A DNA stretch of 64,000 bases, taken from Burkholderiales bacterium. GTDB lineage: Bacteria > Pseudomonadota > Gammaproteobacteria > Burkholderiales > JAEUOS01. The stretch is from the NCBI GenBank assembly GCA_031430015.1, contig JANPAR010000004.1, positions 20,418 to 84,417 on the forward strand. The letters are read 5' to 3'. The notes beneath the pieces are model-generated. The model was given only the letters and a program-made list of their open reading frames with translations. It had not been told where the DNA came from and did not search any database. Shown one piece after another: positions 44,169 through 53,702 of this stretch. The position numbers were made by a program, and so were the translations under genes. Each line of letters starts with the position of its first letter. Positions within the stretch are counted from its first letter, which is position 1.

Positions 44169-44200
44169 AAAAAGCCCCGCTTCGTGCGGGGCTTTTTTTT
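44169..44200 (+). terminator. Intrinsic terminator after the ComEA-like gene
   Basis: AAAAAGCCCCGC-TTCGT-GCGGGGCTTTTTTTT. The arms are the same as in the two OmpA-paralog terminators. Confidence 0.8.
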
Positions 44201-44241
44201 CGTCGAGGGCGGCGGCTACAATTCACTCACAGTTTTTTCGG

Positions 44242-45177
44242 ATGTATCACATGGTCAAGACTCTCGAAGCCGCCGTCGGCAACACCCCTCTGGTACGCCT
44301 CCAACGCATACCTGGCGCAAGCCATGGTGTGGGTAGCGATGCGGGCAAGGGCGGGCGCAACAACGTCATTCTCGGCAAGCTTGAAGGCAATAACCCGGCT
44401 GGTTCGGTAAAGGATCGCCCGGCGCTGTCAATGATTGCGCGCGCCGAAGAGCGTGGCGATATCAAGCCTGGCGACACGCTGGTTGAGGCGACGTCGGGCA
44501 ATACAGGAATCGCGCTCGCGATGGTGGCTGCAATGCGCGGCTACAAGATGATTCTCATCATGCCCGACAACCTCTCGCTGGAGCGGCGCCAGAGCATGAC
44601 GGCGTATGGGGCGAAATTGATTCTCACGCCCGCCGCGCAAGGCGGCATGGAATTCGCGCGCGATCTCGCGGTCAAGATGGAAATAGAAGGCCAGGGAAAA
44701 ATTCTCGACCAGTTCGCCAACCCCGACAACCCGCGTTCGCACTACGAGACCACCGGCCCGGAGATTTGGCGCGACACCGGTGGCAGCGTCACCCATTTCG
44801 TCTCGGCGATGGGCACCACCGGCACCATCATGGGCGTGTCGCAGTATTTGAAAGAACAAAATCCCAAGATCGAAATCGTCGGCTGCCAGCCATCAGAAGG
44901 CTCACAAATTCCCGGCATCCGCAAATGGCCCGAGGCCTATCTGCCGAAAATATTTGACAAGGCGCGCGTCGACCGCACCGAACAGGTAAGTCAGGCTGAC
45001 GCAGAAAAAATGTGCCGCCGGTTGGCAGCGGAAGAAGGCATCTCTGCGGGCATCTCCGCGGCAGGCGCGCTCTGCGTCGCGCTGCGCGTGGCTGAGCAAG
45101 TCGAGAACGCAACCATCGTGTTCATCGTCTGCGATCGCGGTGACCGCTATCTTTCTACCGGGGTATTCCCCGCGTAA
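44242..45177 (+). CDS. cysM: Cysteine synthase B (O-acetylserine sulfhydrylase B)
   Basis: GNTPLVRLQRI, NPAGSVKDRPA (PLP Lys), TSGNTGIALA and GTTGTIMG motifs. There is a small Gly-rich insertion near the N-terminus. The start may be 44242 or 44251. Confidence 0.9.
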   Translation: MYHMVKTLEAAVGNTPLVRLQRIPGASHGVGSDAGKGGRNNVILGKLEGNNPAGSVKDRPALSMIARAEERGDIKPGDTLVEATSGNTGIALAMVAAMRGYKMILIMPDNLSLERRQSMTAYGAKLILTPAAQGGMEFARDLAVKMEIEGQGKILDQFANPDNPRSHYETTGPEIWRDTGGSVTHFVSAMGTTGTIMGVSQYLKEQNPKIEIVGCQPSEGSQIPGIRKWPEAYLPKIFDKARVDRTEQVSQADAEKMCRRLAAEEGISAGISAAGALCVALRVAEQVENATIVFIVCDRGDRYLSTGVFPA

Positions 45178-45256
45178 AACGCGGAAGAACGTCTTGCACC
45201 AAGGGTTTTAGGGCGGCGGTGCAGGTGGTACGGTTGGTGCGGGAGGTGCCGCGCGT

Positions 45257-46318
45257 TTAGCGTGCCTTCTTGATTGCCTCGGCCAACTGCATCACACTCA
45301 TCGCATAAAAGCTTGAACGGTTGTAGCGCGTGATGACGTAGAAATTTTGCAGACCTACCCAGTATTCGGTGGGCTGATCAGGCGTCACCAGATCGACTAG
45401 CGCAAACAGGGTTGTTTCTGGAAACCGTTGGGAGACAAGGGTTTCAGACGATATGCCATTTTTGGTCAAATCAGCGATGCGGGTGTGCGGCAGGATGTCC
45501 TTGTCAAGCAGCGCGCGCCAGCCCTCGCCTTCGACACGTGCAGGAAAGGCGATGGCACCGCCAGCGGCCCAGCCGTGGCCCTTCAAGAAATTGCCGATGC
45601 TGCCGATTGAGTCGATAAAACTCTCGCGCAAGTTGATCTTGCCATTGCCATCGTAATCGACCGCATAACGCCGCCAACTGCCGGGCATGAATTGTGGAAT
45701 GCCAATGGCACCGGCATAGGAGCCGCGCACGCTGAACACATCGACGTCGTGCTCGCGCGCGAACAACAGATAGTTTTCCAGCTCGCTGCGGAAAAATTCG
45801 GCGCGTTTCGGGTAGTCAAACGAGAGCGTGGTCAGGGCATCGATGACGCGCCAGTTGCCGGTGTTTTTGCCATAGACCGTCTCGACGCCCATGATGGCGA
45901 CGATGATCTCGGCGGGGACGCCGAACTCCTTTTCAGCACGCGCCAAGTCACTTTCATAGCGCTTCCACAGTGCGACGCCGCCGTCGATACGACCGGGGTC
46001 CAGAAACCGGCTTCGATAGACCTGCCACGAGCGTACCCGCGGGTTGGCTGGGGGCGTGATGAGTTCGACGATGGCCGGATAGAAACGCGCGCGCGAAAAC
46101 AGGAAAGCCAGTTCGCTCTCGACGAAGCCGTGCTTGACGGCCATTTCATCGATGAAGGCCCTTACCTCGGCGCGTTTGCTGTAGTCAGTCTTGGCCGGCT
46201 TGGGCTGGGTTGCTGATGGGCGGCTCTTTTGGGGAGTGGCCGCGTGCGCCGGTGCGAAGAAGAGGGCAGCCACGGTGGAGAACGCCCCGATGGCGGCAGC
46301 TACGAATGTAAGTCTCAA
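45257..46318 (-). CDS. mltB: Lytic murein transglycosylase B
   Basis: Start re-placed at the in-frame TTG at 46318, which gives the signal peptide MRLTFVAAAIGAFSTVAALFFAPAHA, preceded by AAGGA. MltB core motifs GVPAEIIVAIMGVETVYG, SYAGAIGIPQFMPGSW and DGNG are present. The 141 codons upstream in the track ORF overlap tgpA and are rejected. Confidence 0.85.
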   Translation of the reverse strand: MRLTFVAAAIGAFSTVAALFFAPAHAATPQKSRPSATQPKPAKTDYSKRAEVRAFIDEMAVKHGFVESELAFLFSRARFYPAIVELITPPANPRVRSWQVYRSRFLDPGRIDGGVALWKRYESDLARAEKEFGVPAEIIVAIMGVETVYGKNTGNWRVIDALTTLSFDYPKRAEFFRSELENYLLFAREHDVDVFSVRGSYAGAIGIPQFMPGSWRRYAVDYDGNGKINLRESFIDSIGSIGNFLKGHGWAAGGAIAFPARVEGEGWRALLDKDILPHTRIADLTKNGISSETLVSQRFPETTLFALVDLVTPDQPTEYWVGLQNFYVITRYNRSSFYAMSVMQLAEAIKKAR

Positions 46319-48384
46319 ACGTGCAATTCCTTGACCATTTGCGTGAATTGTCTCACGCCCGCCGCGTCGCGCTGCGGCCCATAGCGCAGGGCTGCATAGG
46401 TTACGGCAATCGCCTGCACGCCGGACAGCAGCGCGGTAAATGCGGCTTCTGGCAACTGCCGCGCGCGCAATTCGGTAGTGGCACGCCGCGCAAAATCGAG
46501 CGGGCCTTCGGCTGGTGCGCGCACTACTCCGGCACGTGCCAAGCGTTTGCAAAATCGCTCCCACGCGCGCTGCACCGGGTCGTGCTCGCGCCGCGCCTTG
46601 AGCAGCCAGCCGGTCACCACCAGCGAGACCAATCCCATGCCAAACGTCATCGCGATCACCATGTCCTGCCATGACGGCGTCTTCATGCCGAGGCGCTCCA
46701 GGGTTTCCTTCTGGCGGTCCGGGCTGTAGTTGAGTACCCACTGGTTCCAGGTGTTCGTCACCGCCTCCCAGTTGAATTTGAATTTTTGCAGTGCGTCGGT
46801 GCTCCAGACGGGCGCGTAGCGCGTGATTAACGGCTGTGCAAAACGCTGCGGCAGTGCGCCGCCGAGACCACGCTCGATGCGTGCGGGTGACACCGCCGCC
46901 GTGGGGTCAACCCGCATCCAGCCGCGATCCTTGATCCACACTTCGCTCCACGCGTGGGCGTCGGCTTGCCGCACGGTGAAGAAACCATCGACAGGGTTGA
47001 TCTCGCCACCTTGATAGCCGGTGACTACGCGCGCCGGGATGCCCGCCATGCGCATCATCACCGTGAAGGCAGAGGCGTAGTGTTCGCAAAAGCCACGCTT
47101 GGTGATAAACAAAAATTCATCGACCGGGTTGTTGTCAAGCAGCGGCGGCTCGAACGTGTAGAAAAATTCTTCGCTGCGAAAGTAACGCAGCGCACGCGCC
47201 ACCATGGCCTCACCCTTGGTGCCTTCGAACTGCCAGGTGCCGACCAGCTCGCGGGTTCGCAAGTTGCTGCGCGGGGGCAGTACCAGGTAGGGTGCAAGAT
47301 CGCTAGGTTCTTCGTAGGCCACAGGCCGGTACGCAGGATAGGAGCGCGCGTCGTAGCGCAGCCGGCTCTGGGTCGGCTTGGTGTTGATGGGTTGCAGATC
47401 AGGCGTGAGGCGGCCGTACTCCGGTAGTTTGGTGGGCATCTCCAGTGCGAACAACCAAGGTTTGGAGAGCGGCTCAAGAGTGACGGTGTAGTCCACGGCT
47501 ACGCCTGCCTCTTGGAAGCGCGAGGGCCGCAGCGGGTTACCCGCCTGCATGCGCCAGTTGCGTCCGTCAAATTGCGACAGCACCGGGCCACGCCAATACA
47601 TCGTCGCCTCTTTCGGCATCGGTGAATTGAATTTCACCCGGAACGCCACACCATCAGACAGCGACAGCGAGGTGATCTGCCCCGGCGACATCGACTCTGA
47701 CAACCCTGACGTGGCGGCGGTTGAGTCGGCCGGCAAGCCCCACAGCGGGCCGTTGACGCGCGGGAACAACACAAACAGCACCAGCATCATCGGAAATGCC
47801 TGCAGAATAATGACGCCTGCGAGACGGGTTTGCGCCAGCGCCGGCATCGGCGCCGCATCACGGTTGGCGGCGATCAGTGCCGACGTAATCAACACCAATG
47901 ACACCAGCATCAGGGCAGCAACGCCGATGGTTTGCGAGTAGAAGAAATTGGTGAGAATCAGAAAGTAGGACAGGAATACGGCGACCACCGCGTCACGCTT
48001 GCTGCGGGTCTCCAGCAGCTTGAGCGAGAGCATGAGGGTGACAAAGGTGACACCCGCGTCGCGCCCGAACAGGGTGCGGTGCGTCCAAAGCGTGGCCGCA
48101 ATCGCCAGCGCGAGCAACAGCATCAGCAGCCATTTCGATGGCAGCTTCACTGGCGCAAAACCACTGCGCCAGGTGAGCCAGCCTCGCCATGCAAACATGA
48201 GGCCGGCGAAGGCGGTGCACCACTCAGGCAAGTGCGACACGTGCGGCCCCAGCACTGGAATCAGTGCCACCAGCAAGGTGACCATTACCATGCGGCTGGC
48301 AGGCTGTTCTTGCGAAACCGCGTCCGACGCGAGGGTCTCGCGCGTCATCGGCAGTACCTTGAAAAAGAAACGTTTGGTGGCCAT
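46315..48384 (-). CDS. tgpA: Transglutaminase-domain membrane protein (TgpA-like: DUF3488 - transglutaminase core - DUF4129)
   Basis: N-terminal polytopic region. Transglutaminase core RGFCEHYASAFTVMMRMAGIPARVVTGYQGG ... DAHAWSEVW (Cys-His-Asp). A C-terminal TM segment plus tail. The start is uncertain (48384 is chosen, 8 nt after the DUF58 stop; 48453 or 48348 are possible). Confidence 0.8.
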   Translation of the reverse strand: MATKRFFFKVLPMTRETLASDAVSQEQPASRMVMVTLLVALIPVLGPHVSHLPEWCTAFAGLMFAWRGWLTWRSGFAPVKLPSKWLLMLLLALAIAATLWTHRTLFGRDAGVTFVTLMLSLKLLETRSKRDAVVAVFLSYFLILTNFFYSQTIGVAALMLVSLVLITSALIAANRDAAPMPALAQTRLAGVIILQAFPMMLVLFVLFPRVNGPLWGLPADSTAATSGLSESMSPGQITSLSLSDGVAFRVKFNSPMPKEATMYWRGPVLSQFDGRNWRMQAGNPLRPSRFQEAGVAVDYTVTLEPLSKPWLFALEMPTKLPEYGRLTPDLQPINTKPTQSRLRYDARSYPAYRPVAYEEPSDLAPYLVLPPRSNLRTRELVGTWQFEGTKGEAMVARALRYFRSEEFFYTFEPPLLDNNPVDEFLFITKRGFCEHYASAFTVMMRMAGIPARVVTGYQGGEINPVDGFFTVRQADAHAWSEVWIKDRGWMRVDPTAAVSPARIERGLGGALPQRFAQPLITRYAPVWSTDALQKFKFNWEAVTNTWNQWVLNYSPDRQKETLERLGMKTPSWQDMVIAMTFGMGLVSLVVTGWLLKARREHDPVQRAWERFCKRLARAGVVRAPAEGPLDFARRATTELRARQLPEAAFTALLSGVQAIAVTYAALRYGPQRDAAGVRQFTQMVKELHV

Positions 48385-48392
48385 GACCGGGT

Positions 48393-49409
48393 CTATGCCA
48401 CAGCCGAGACCGCGGGTTCGCGCAGTTGGTGCAGCGCCAAGGCGCGCAGGCATTCGCTGCGGTGCGGTTCGGCAAGGCCCGGGCCGATATCGCGTGCGCC
48501 AAGTCTGAGCCGGTAAGTGAGGCGCGCGGCTTCGGCATCGAGCAGCCAGCGCGTGAGTTGCGAGAGCTTTTCTTCTAGACCGAGGGTGGCGGGCAGCGTA
48601 TTGATGTCCAATATGAGATCACTCGACGCGCTGCCGTAAAAATGTTTGGTCAACAATGCGCCGCCGGTTTCAAGCGCGAGCGTGGCGCTTTTCCAGGCGA
48701 TGTGGCGTGGGCTGTCGCTGGCGGTGTGTTCGCGCAGGCCCGCGAAGTCTTCGGTGCCGCTGCCGGCCGGCGTACCTTCACCAGAACCTTCAGGGGCCAC
48801 CGGCAACGCAGCGCCTGTCGTGGCCGGGCGCGGATAGACCAGGCAGGGCAGGTCGGGCTGCCAATAGCTCCAGGCGCGCAACAGGCCGAGGGGATAACGC
48901 GTTTCGATGGTCAGACGTGGCAGGTGCAGCAAGCCGCGTGCGGCAGCAGGGATGCACAGGGTTGCGGTCGCGTCTTGATTGGGCGGCACATCCACTATCG
49001 TGAAGCCTTCGGCGCAACGCAGCCACAGGGCGGCGCGTTCGAAATTTTTCTGGTTGATCAGCAGCAGCTCAAACGCTGCGCTCTCACCAGCAAACACCGG
49101 CGCGGCCTTCACGGGCCGCAGCATCAAATGCACCTGATTGCGAAAGGTGTGAAGCATCGCCACCAGTCCGGCCGATCCCAGAAAAAACGTCAACACGAAT
49201 CCCAGCGACAGGTCGTAGTTGATCGATCCAGCCAGCATCGCCAGCAAGGACAACACGAAAAAAAATCCGTAGCGCGTCGGGAAGATGAACACACGGCGTT
49301 GATTGAGAAAGACTTCACCGGACTCCGGCCCGCGCGGCTGGAAGATCCAGTTGAAGATCATGGAATAGCGGAACATCCGCGCAATCAGCGGATGTGGCTT
49401 CGGCTGCAT
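48393..49409 (-). CDS. DUF58-family protein (vWA-like partner of MoxR)
   Basis: Two N-terminal TM segments (GFFFVLSLLAMLAGSINYDLSLGFVLTFFLGSAGLVAML). The motif FAGLREHTASDSPRHIAWK is typical of DUF58. It sits between moxR and tgpA. The start is at the internal ATG 49409. Confidence 0.8.
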   Translation of the reverse strand: MQPKPHPLIARMFRYSMIFNWIFQPRGPESGEVFLNQRRVFIFPTRYGFFFVLSLLAMLAGSINYDLSLGFVLTFFLGSAGLVAMLHTFRNQVHLMLRPVKAAPVFAGESAAFELLLINQKNFERAALWLRCAEGFTIVDVPPNQDATATLCIPAAARGLLHLPRLTIETRYPLGLLRAWSYWQPDLPCLVYPRPATTGAALPVAPEGSGEGTPAGSGTEDFAGLREHTASDSPRHIAWKSATLALETGGALLTKHFYGSASSDLILDINTLPATLGLEEKLSQLTRWLLDAEAARLTYRLRLGARDIGPGLAEPHRSECLRALALHQLREPAVSAVA

Positions 49410-49443
49410 GGCGGTAGTGGTGCCGGTCACGTCGCAGTTGCCC

Positions 49444-50382
49444 TCAGGGGATCGGCACCGACTTGATCCAGCCTGCCAGCATCTCTGCGGTGGCCGCACG
49501 CCCGGTGTTTTGTGCGGGTTTGAGTCGGTGCCCTGCCACAGTGGGCAGCACCGCCTGCACATCTTCTGGCAACACCGCATCACGCCCGCTCACATAAGCC
49601 CACGCACGCGCCGCCGCGAGCAGGCCGAGGCCGGCGCGCGGGCTCAAGCCTGACTGAAACTGCACCGCATGGCGCGATGCCTCGACCAGCGCCTGCAAAT
49701 AATCAATCAGCGCCGGGCTGACATGGACCTTGGCCGCGCGCGCCTGCATGGCCACAAAATCGGTAACTTGCATCACCGGTTTTAACTGTGCGGCGATCTC
49801 GCGCCGGTCCGCGCCCGAGAGTAGCGCACGTTCGGCGGCGCGGTCCGGGTAGCCCAACTCCATGCGCATCAGGAACCGGTCGAGCTGCGACTCGGGCAGA
49901 GCAAAGGTGCCGACCTGGTGCGAGGGGTTTTGCGTCGCGATGACAAAGAAGGGCTGCGGCAGCGGATGGCCTTTGCCGTCGAGGGTGACTTGCTGTTCTT
50001 CCATCGCTTCGAGCAGGGCGCTCTGCGTTTTCGGCGTGGCACGGTTGACCTCGTCGGCGAGGATGAACTGCGCGAAGATCGGGCCAGGGTGGAATTTGAA
50101 GGTGCCGCTCTCGCGCTCGTAAATCGATACGCCCAGCACATCGGCGGGCAACAGGTCGCTGGTGAACTGGATGCGCTGAAATTGCAGGCCGATTGACCGG
50201 GCAAGCGCATGCGCGAGCGTGGTCTTGCCGACCCCGGGTACGTCCTCAATCAGCAAGTGGCCGCGCGCCAGCATGCACGCCACCGCCATGCGGATCGGGC
50301 GGTCCTTGCCGAGGATGACCTCGTTCAACTGGTCAAGCAGGCTCTTGAGCGGGGAGGTTTTGGTGGCAAGGACGGCGGACAT
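49444..50382 (-). CDS. moxR: MoxR-family AAA+ ATPase
   Basis: Walker A GVPGVGKTTLAHALA, Walker B ILADEVNRATPKTQSALLEAMEE, ATQNP and LPESQLDRF. The start is at the internal ATG 50382 (MSAVLATK...). The 69 upstream codons are rejected. Confidence 0.9.
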   Translation of the reverse strand: MSAVLATKTSPLKSLLDQLNEVILGKDRPIRMAVACMLARGHLLIEDVPGVGKTTLAHALARSIGLQFQRIQFTSDLLPADVLGVSIYERESGTFKFHPGPIFAQFILADEVNRATPKTQSALLEAMEEQQVTLDGKGHPLPQPFFVIATQNPSHQVGTFALPESQLDRFLMRMELGYPDRAAERALLSGADRREIAAQLKPVMQVTDFVAMQARAAKVHVSPALIDYLQALVEASRHAVQFQSGLSPRAGLGLLAAARAWAYVSGRDAVLPEDVQAVLPTVAGHRLKPAQNTGRAATAEMLAGWIKSVPIP

Positions 50383-50594
50383 GGTGGTCTCAGGTGTGAG
50401 CAGCGATGGGGGCAGTGAGGGGAGTAGCGATTGCATCAGGCACGCTGGCGCAACGCGCGAGAGGACAATTGAGGACAATCCATCTACGGGCGCAGCGCGG
50501 TAGTGGTTGCACTGGCAGCGTAAAAAAACGATGATAGCAACAACTCCTCCTGCGTTTTTGCTGACTTTGTTGACCCTTGTTGACTCCACTCGCC

Positions 50595-51527
50595 ATGACC
50601 ACTGCCTACATCACCCACGCTGACTGCCTGAAACACGACATGGGCGCCGGCCATCCCGAGTGCCCTGACCGCTTGCACGCAGTCAACGACCAGATGCGTG
50701 CCTCCAGCGTACTCGATCATGTGCGCACGCTCGATGCGCCTCTGGCGCATCCGGACATGCTCAAACGCGTACATCGCGCCGAGTATGTCGATCTGATTTT
50801 CGAAAACGCGCCCGCGCAGGGCTATGCACAGCTTGACCCCGATACCGCAATGAACCCGCATTCGCTCAACGCAGCCTTGCGCGCGGCGGGGGCGGGCGTG
50901 CTGGCAGTCGATGAAGTGATGGCGGGCAATGTGGCCAACGCTTTTTGCGCGGTGCGGCCCTGCGGTCATCACGCCACGCGCAGCCGCTCGATGGGTTTCT
51001 GCATCTTCAACAACATCGCCGTGGCCGCCGCGCACGCGATGGAAGCGTATGGCCTCGAACGTGTGGCGGTGGTCGACTTCGACGTGCATCACGGCAACGG
51101 CACCGAAGATATATTCGGCGGCGATGGGTGGCGAGACCGCGTGTTGATGGCCGGCATATTTCAGCACCCGTTCTATCCCTACAGCGGCACCGATCATCCC
51201 GCCCCCAACATGGTGAACGTGCCTCTTGGGGCGGGCAGCGGCGGGGAGGCCGCACGCAATGCGGTGGAACAACACTGGCTGCCCGCACTGGAGGACTGGA
51301 AACCCCAGATGATCCTGATCTCGGCCGGGTTCGACGCACACCGGGAGGACTTGCTCGGTGGCCTGAAACTCGTGGAGGCTGATTACGCCTGGATAACCGC
51401 GCAATTGATGGTGCAGGCGGAGCGTCACGCCAAGGGGAGAGTGGTTTCGATGCTGGAGGGGGGTTATAACCTCTCCGCTCTGGGGCGCAGTGCCGTCGCA
51501 CACGTGAAGACCCTTGCTGCACTTTAA
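50595..51527 (+). CDS. Histone deacetylase-family (arginase-fold) deacetylase/amidohydrolase
   Basis: HPECPDRL, RPCGHHA, VVDFDVHHGNGT and EGGY motifs (zinc site and catalytic His pair). Start at MTTAYITHADC. Confidence 0.85.
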   Translation: MTTAYITHADCLKHDMGAGHPECPDRLHAVNDQMRASSVLDHVRTLDAPLAHPDMLKRVHRAEYVDLIFENAPAQGYAQLDPDTAMNPHSLNAALRAAGAGVLAVDEVMAGNVANAFCAVRPCGHHATRSRSMGFCIFNNIAVAAAHAMEAYGLERVAVVDFDVHHGNGTEDIFGGDGWRDRVLMAGIFQHPFYPYSGTDHPAPNMVNVPLGAGSGGEAARNAVEQHWLPALEDWKPQMILISAGFDAHREDLLGGLKLVEADYAWITAQLMVQAERHAKGRVVSMLEGGYNLSALGRSAVAHVKTLAAL

Positions 51528-51536
51528 AAGGATCGT

Positions 51537-53534
51537 ATGAAGAGTTTGTGGAATGACGATGAGGCCGCCAGCTTCGAAGGCGACCTCGCACAACGCGTCT
51601 ATACCTCGCGCCTCCTCGGCCGTGACAAATCACTGGTGCTGCACGGTGGTGGCAACACCTCGGTAAAGATTCAGGCGCGCAATCTGGTCGGAGATGAAGA
51701 GGAAATTCTCTACGTTAAAGGCAGCGGCTGGGATCTCGAATTCATCGAAGAGGCCGGCTTGTCGCCGGTGCGCATGGCGCATTTGCTCAAACTGGCCAAA
51801 CTGGAGGCGTTGTCCGACCCGCAAATGGTCAATGAACTGGTGACGCAGATGACGCGCGCTTCGGCACCCGCGCCCTCGGTGGAAACTATCCTCCACGCTT
51901 TGCTGCCCCACAAGTACGTCGATCACACGCACTCGGACGCGGTGCTGTCGGTGACCAACACGGCGGATGGCGCAGAACGCATCGCAGACATCTATGGCGG
52001 CACCGCGGTGGTGATCCCCTATGTGATGCCCGGCTTTGATCTGGCACGCTTGTGTGCCGAGTTGTTTCCGAAGCACGCTGGGCCGAACACCATCGGCATG
52101 GTGCTGCTGAAGCATGGCATTTTTTCATTTGGTGCCACGGCACGCGAGTCGTATGAACGCATGATCCATCTGGTCGATCAGGCGGAGCGCTATCTTGATC
52201 GCAAGGGGGCGTGGCATCTGCCAGCGACAACTCGTCCAGCAGGCACCTCGTCATTTACCGGCGCGCACGTCCGTGAACTTGCCAATCTGCGGCGCACAAT
52301 TTCACACGCAGCGGGCGCGCCGATGATTCTGCAATCGCTCACCCGTGCGCCAAGCGCCGCGCGCGCCGCTGCCTTTGCCGCGCGCGCGGATGTGGTGGTG
52401 ATTGCACAGCAAGGCCCGGCCACACCCGATCATGCGATCCGTACCAAACGCACGCCCATGGTGGGTCGCGATGTGGCGGCCTTTGTGCGCGAGTACCAGA
52501 CCTACTTCGCCGCACACGCACCGCACGCCAAAGAGACCAAGACCATTCTCGATGCAGCACCCCGCGCCGTCCTCGACCCGGCGTTCGGTCTGCGTACTGC
52601 CGGGCGCAGCGTGAAGGACGCCGCCATCGTCGCTGATCTCTATCTGCACACGATGGACGTCATCGAACGCGCAACCCTGCTCGGTGGCTACGTGGCGCTG
52701 CTACCACGCGATATTTTCGACGTGGAGTATTGGGATCTCGAGCAGGCCAAGCTGCGCAAGGCCGGCAAGCTGCCGCAGTTCACCGGCGAAGTTGCATTGG
52801 TCACCGGCGCGGCATCCGGCATCGGCAAAGCCTGCGTCGAGGCCCTGCTCGCGCGCGGTGCGGCGGTGATCGCGCTCGATCTCGATGCGCGTATCGACAG
52901 CAATTTCAAACGCGCTGACTATCTTGGCCTGTGCTGTGACGTCACGTCGAACGATGCAGTCACCCGAGCCCTTTCAGCCGGCGTGCGCGCCTTCGGCGGC
53001 CTCGACATGCTGGTGCTTAACGCCGGTATTTTCCCTGCGAGCAAGCCCATTGCGCAGCTTGACAGCGCCGCATGGCGCAAGGTGATGGACGTCAACCTCG
53101 ATGCCAATCTGATGCTGATGCGTGAATGCCACCCTTTGCTCCAGCTCGCGCCCAATGGCGGGCGCGTGGTGGTGATCGGCTCGAAGAATGTACCGGCCCC
53201 CGGTCCGGGCGCCAGCGCATATTCGGCTTCGAAAGCCGCACTGACGCAACTCATGCGCGTGGCCGCTCTGGAATGGGGTGTCGACAATATTCGCATCAAT
53301 ACCCTGCACCCCAATGCCGTGTTCGACACCGGCATCTGGAGCGAAGAAGTGCTCGCCGCCCGCGCCGCGCAATACGGACTGAGCGTCGATCAGTACCGCA
53401 AAAACAATGTGCTCAAGACCGACGTGACCAGCCGCGATGTGGCCGAGCTGGCTGCCGAAATGTGTGGACCATTGTTCGCCAAAACTACCGGCGCACAATT
53501 GCCGGTGGACGGCGGCAATGACCGTGTGATTTAG
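51537..53534 (+). CDS. Bifunctional class II aldolase/adducin-domain - short-chain dehydrogenase protein (rhamnulose-1-phosphate aldolase/SDR-like)
   Basis: N-terminal approximately 400 aa include LVLHGGGNTSVK and HTHSD (aldolase-II-like). The C-terminal SDR has TGAASGIGKA, NAGI and YSASKAA. Length 665 aa. Confidence 0.82.
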   Translation: MKSLWNDDEAASFEGDLAQRVYTSRLLGRDKSLVLHGGGNTSVKIQARNLVGDEEEILYVKGSGWDLEFIEEAGLSPVRMAHLLKLAKLEALSDPQMVNELVTQMTRASAPAPSVETILHALLPHKYVDHTHSDAVLSVTNTADGAERIADIYGGTAVVIPYVMPGFDLARLCAELFPKHAGPNTIGMVLLKHGIFSFGATARESYERMIHLVDQAERYLDRKGAWHLPATTRPAGTSSFTGAHVRELANLRRTISHAAGAPMILQSLTRAPSAARAAAFAARADVVVIAQQGPATPDHAIRTKRTPMVGRDVAAFVREYQTYFAAHAPHAKETKTILDAAPRAVLDPAFGLRTAGRSVKDAAIVADLYLHTMDVIERATLLGGYVALLPRDIFDVEYWDLEQAKLRKAGKLPQFTGEVALVTGAASGIGKACVEALLARGAAVIALDLDARIDSNFKRADYLGLCCDVTSNDAVTRALSAGVRAFGGLDMLVLNAGIFPASKPIAQLDSAAWRKVMDVNLDANLMLMRECHPLLQLAPNGGRVVVIGSKNVPAPGPGASAYSASKAALTQLMRVAALEWGVDNIRINTLHPNAVFDTGIWSEEVLAARAAQYGLSVDQYRKNNVLKTDVTSRDVAELAAEMCGPLFAKTTGAQLPVDGGNDRVI

Positions 53535-53702
53535 GCAGCAGCGCCGGAAGGTGCTTGTACCATGGGTATTGGCCGTATAAGCTGTAAGAGCCGCTCCCAC
53601 CAAGGGCGGTGGGTCGGGTGCCATGTTCGTTCCGGCAGTTGATTGATTTCGCCGGCGGACGATAAACTACGCTCCCCTAGGCCTGACAAGCCGGATCAAC
53701 AA

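Noticed and set aside
53573-53602. Small ORF MGIGRISCKSRSHQGRWVGCHVRSGS and the CCCACC-N6-GGTGGG hairpin after the aldolase/SDR gene.
   Set aside because: The ORF has 26 codons, no RBS and no conservation signal. The hairpin lacks a T-run.
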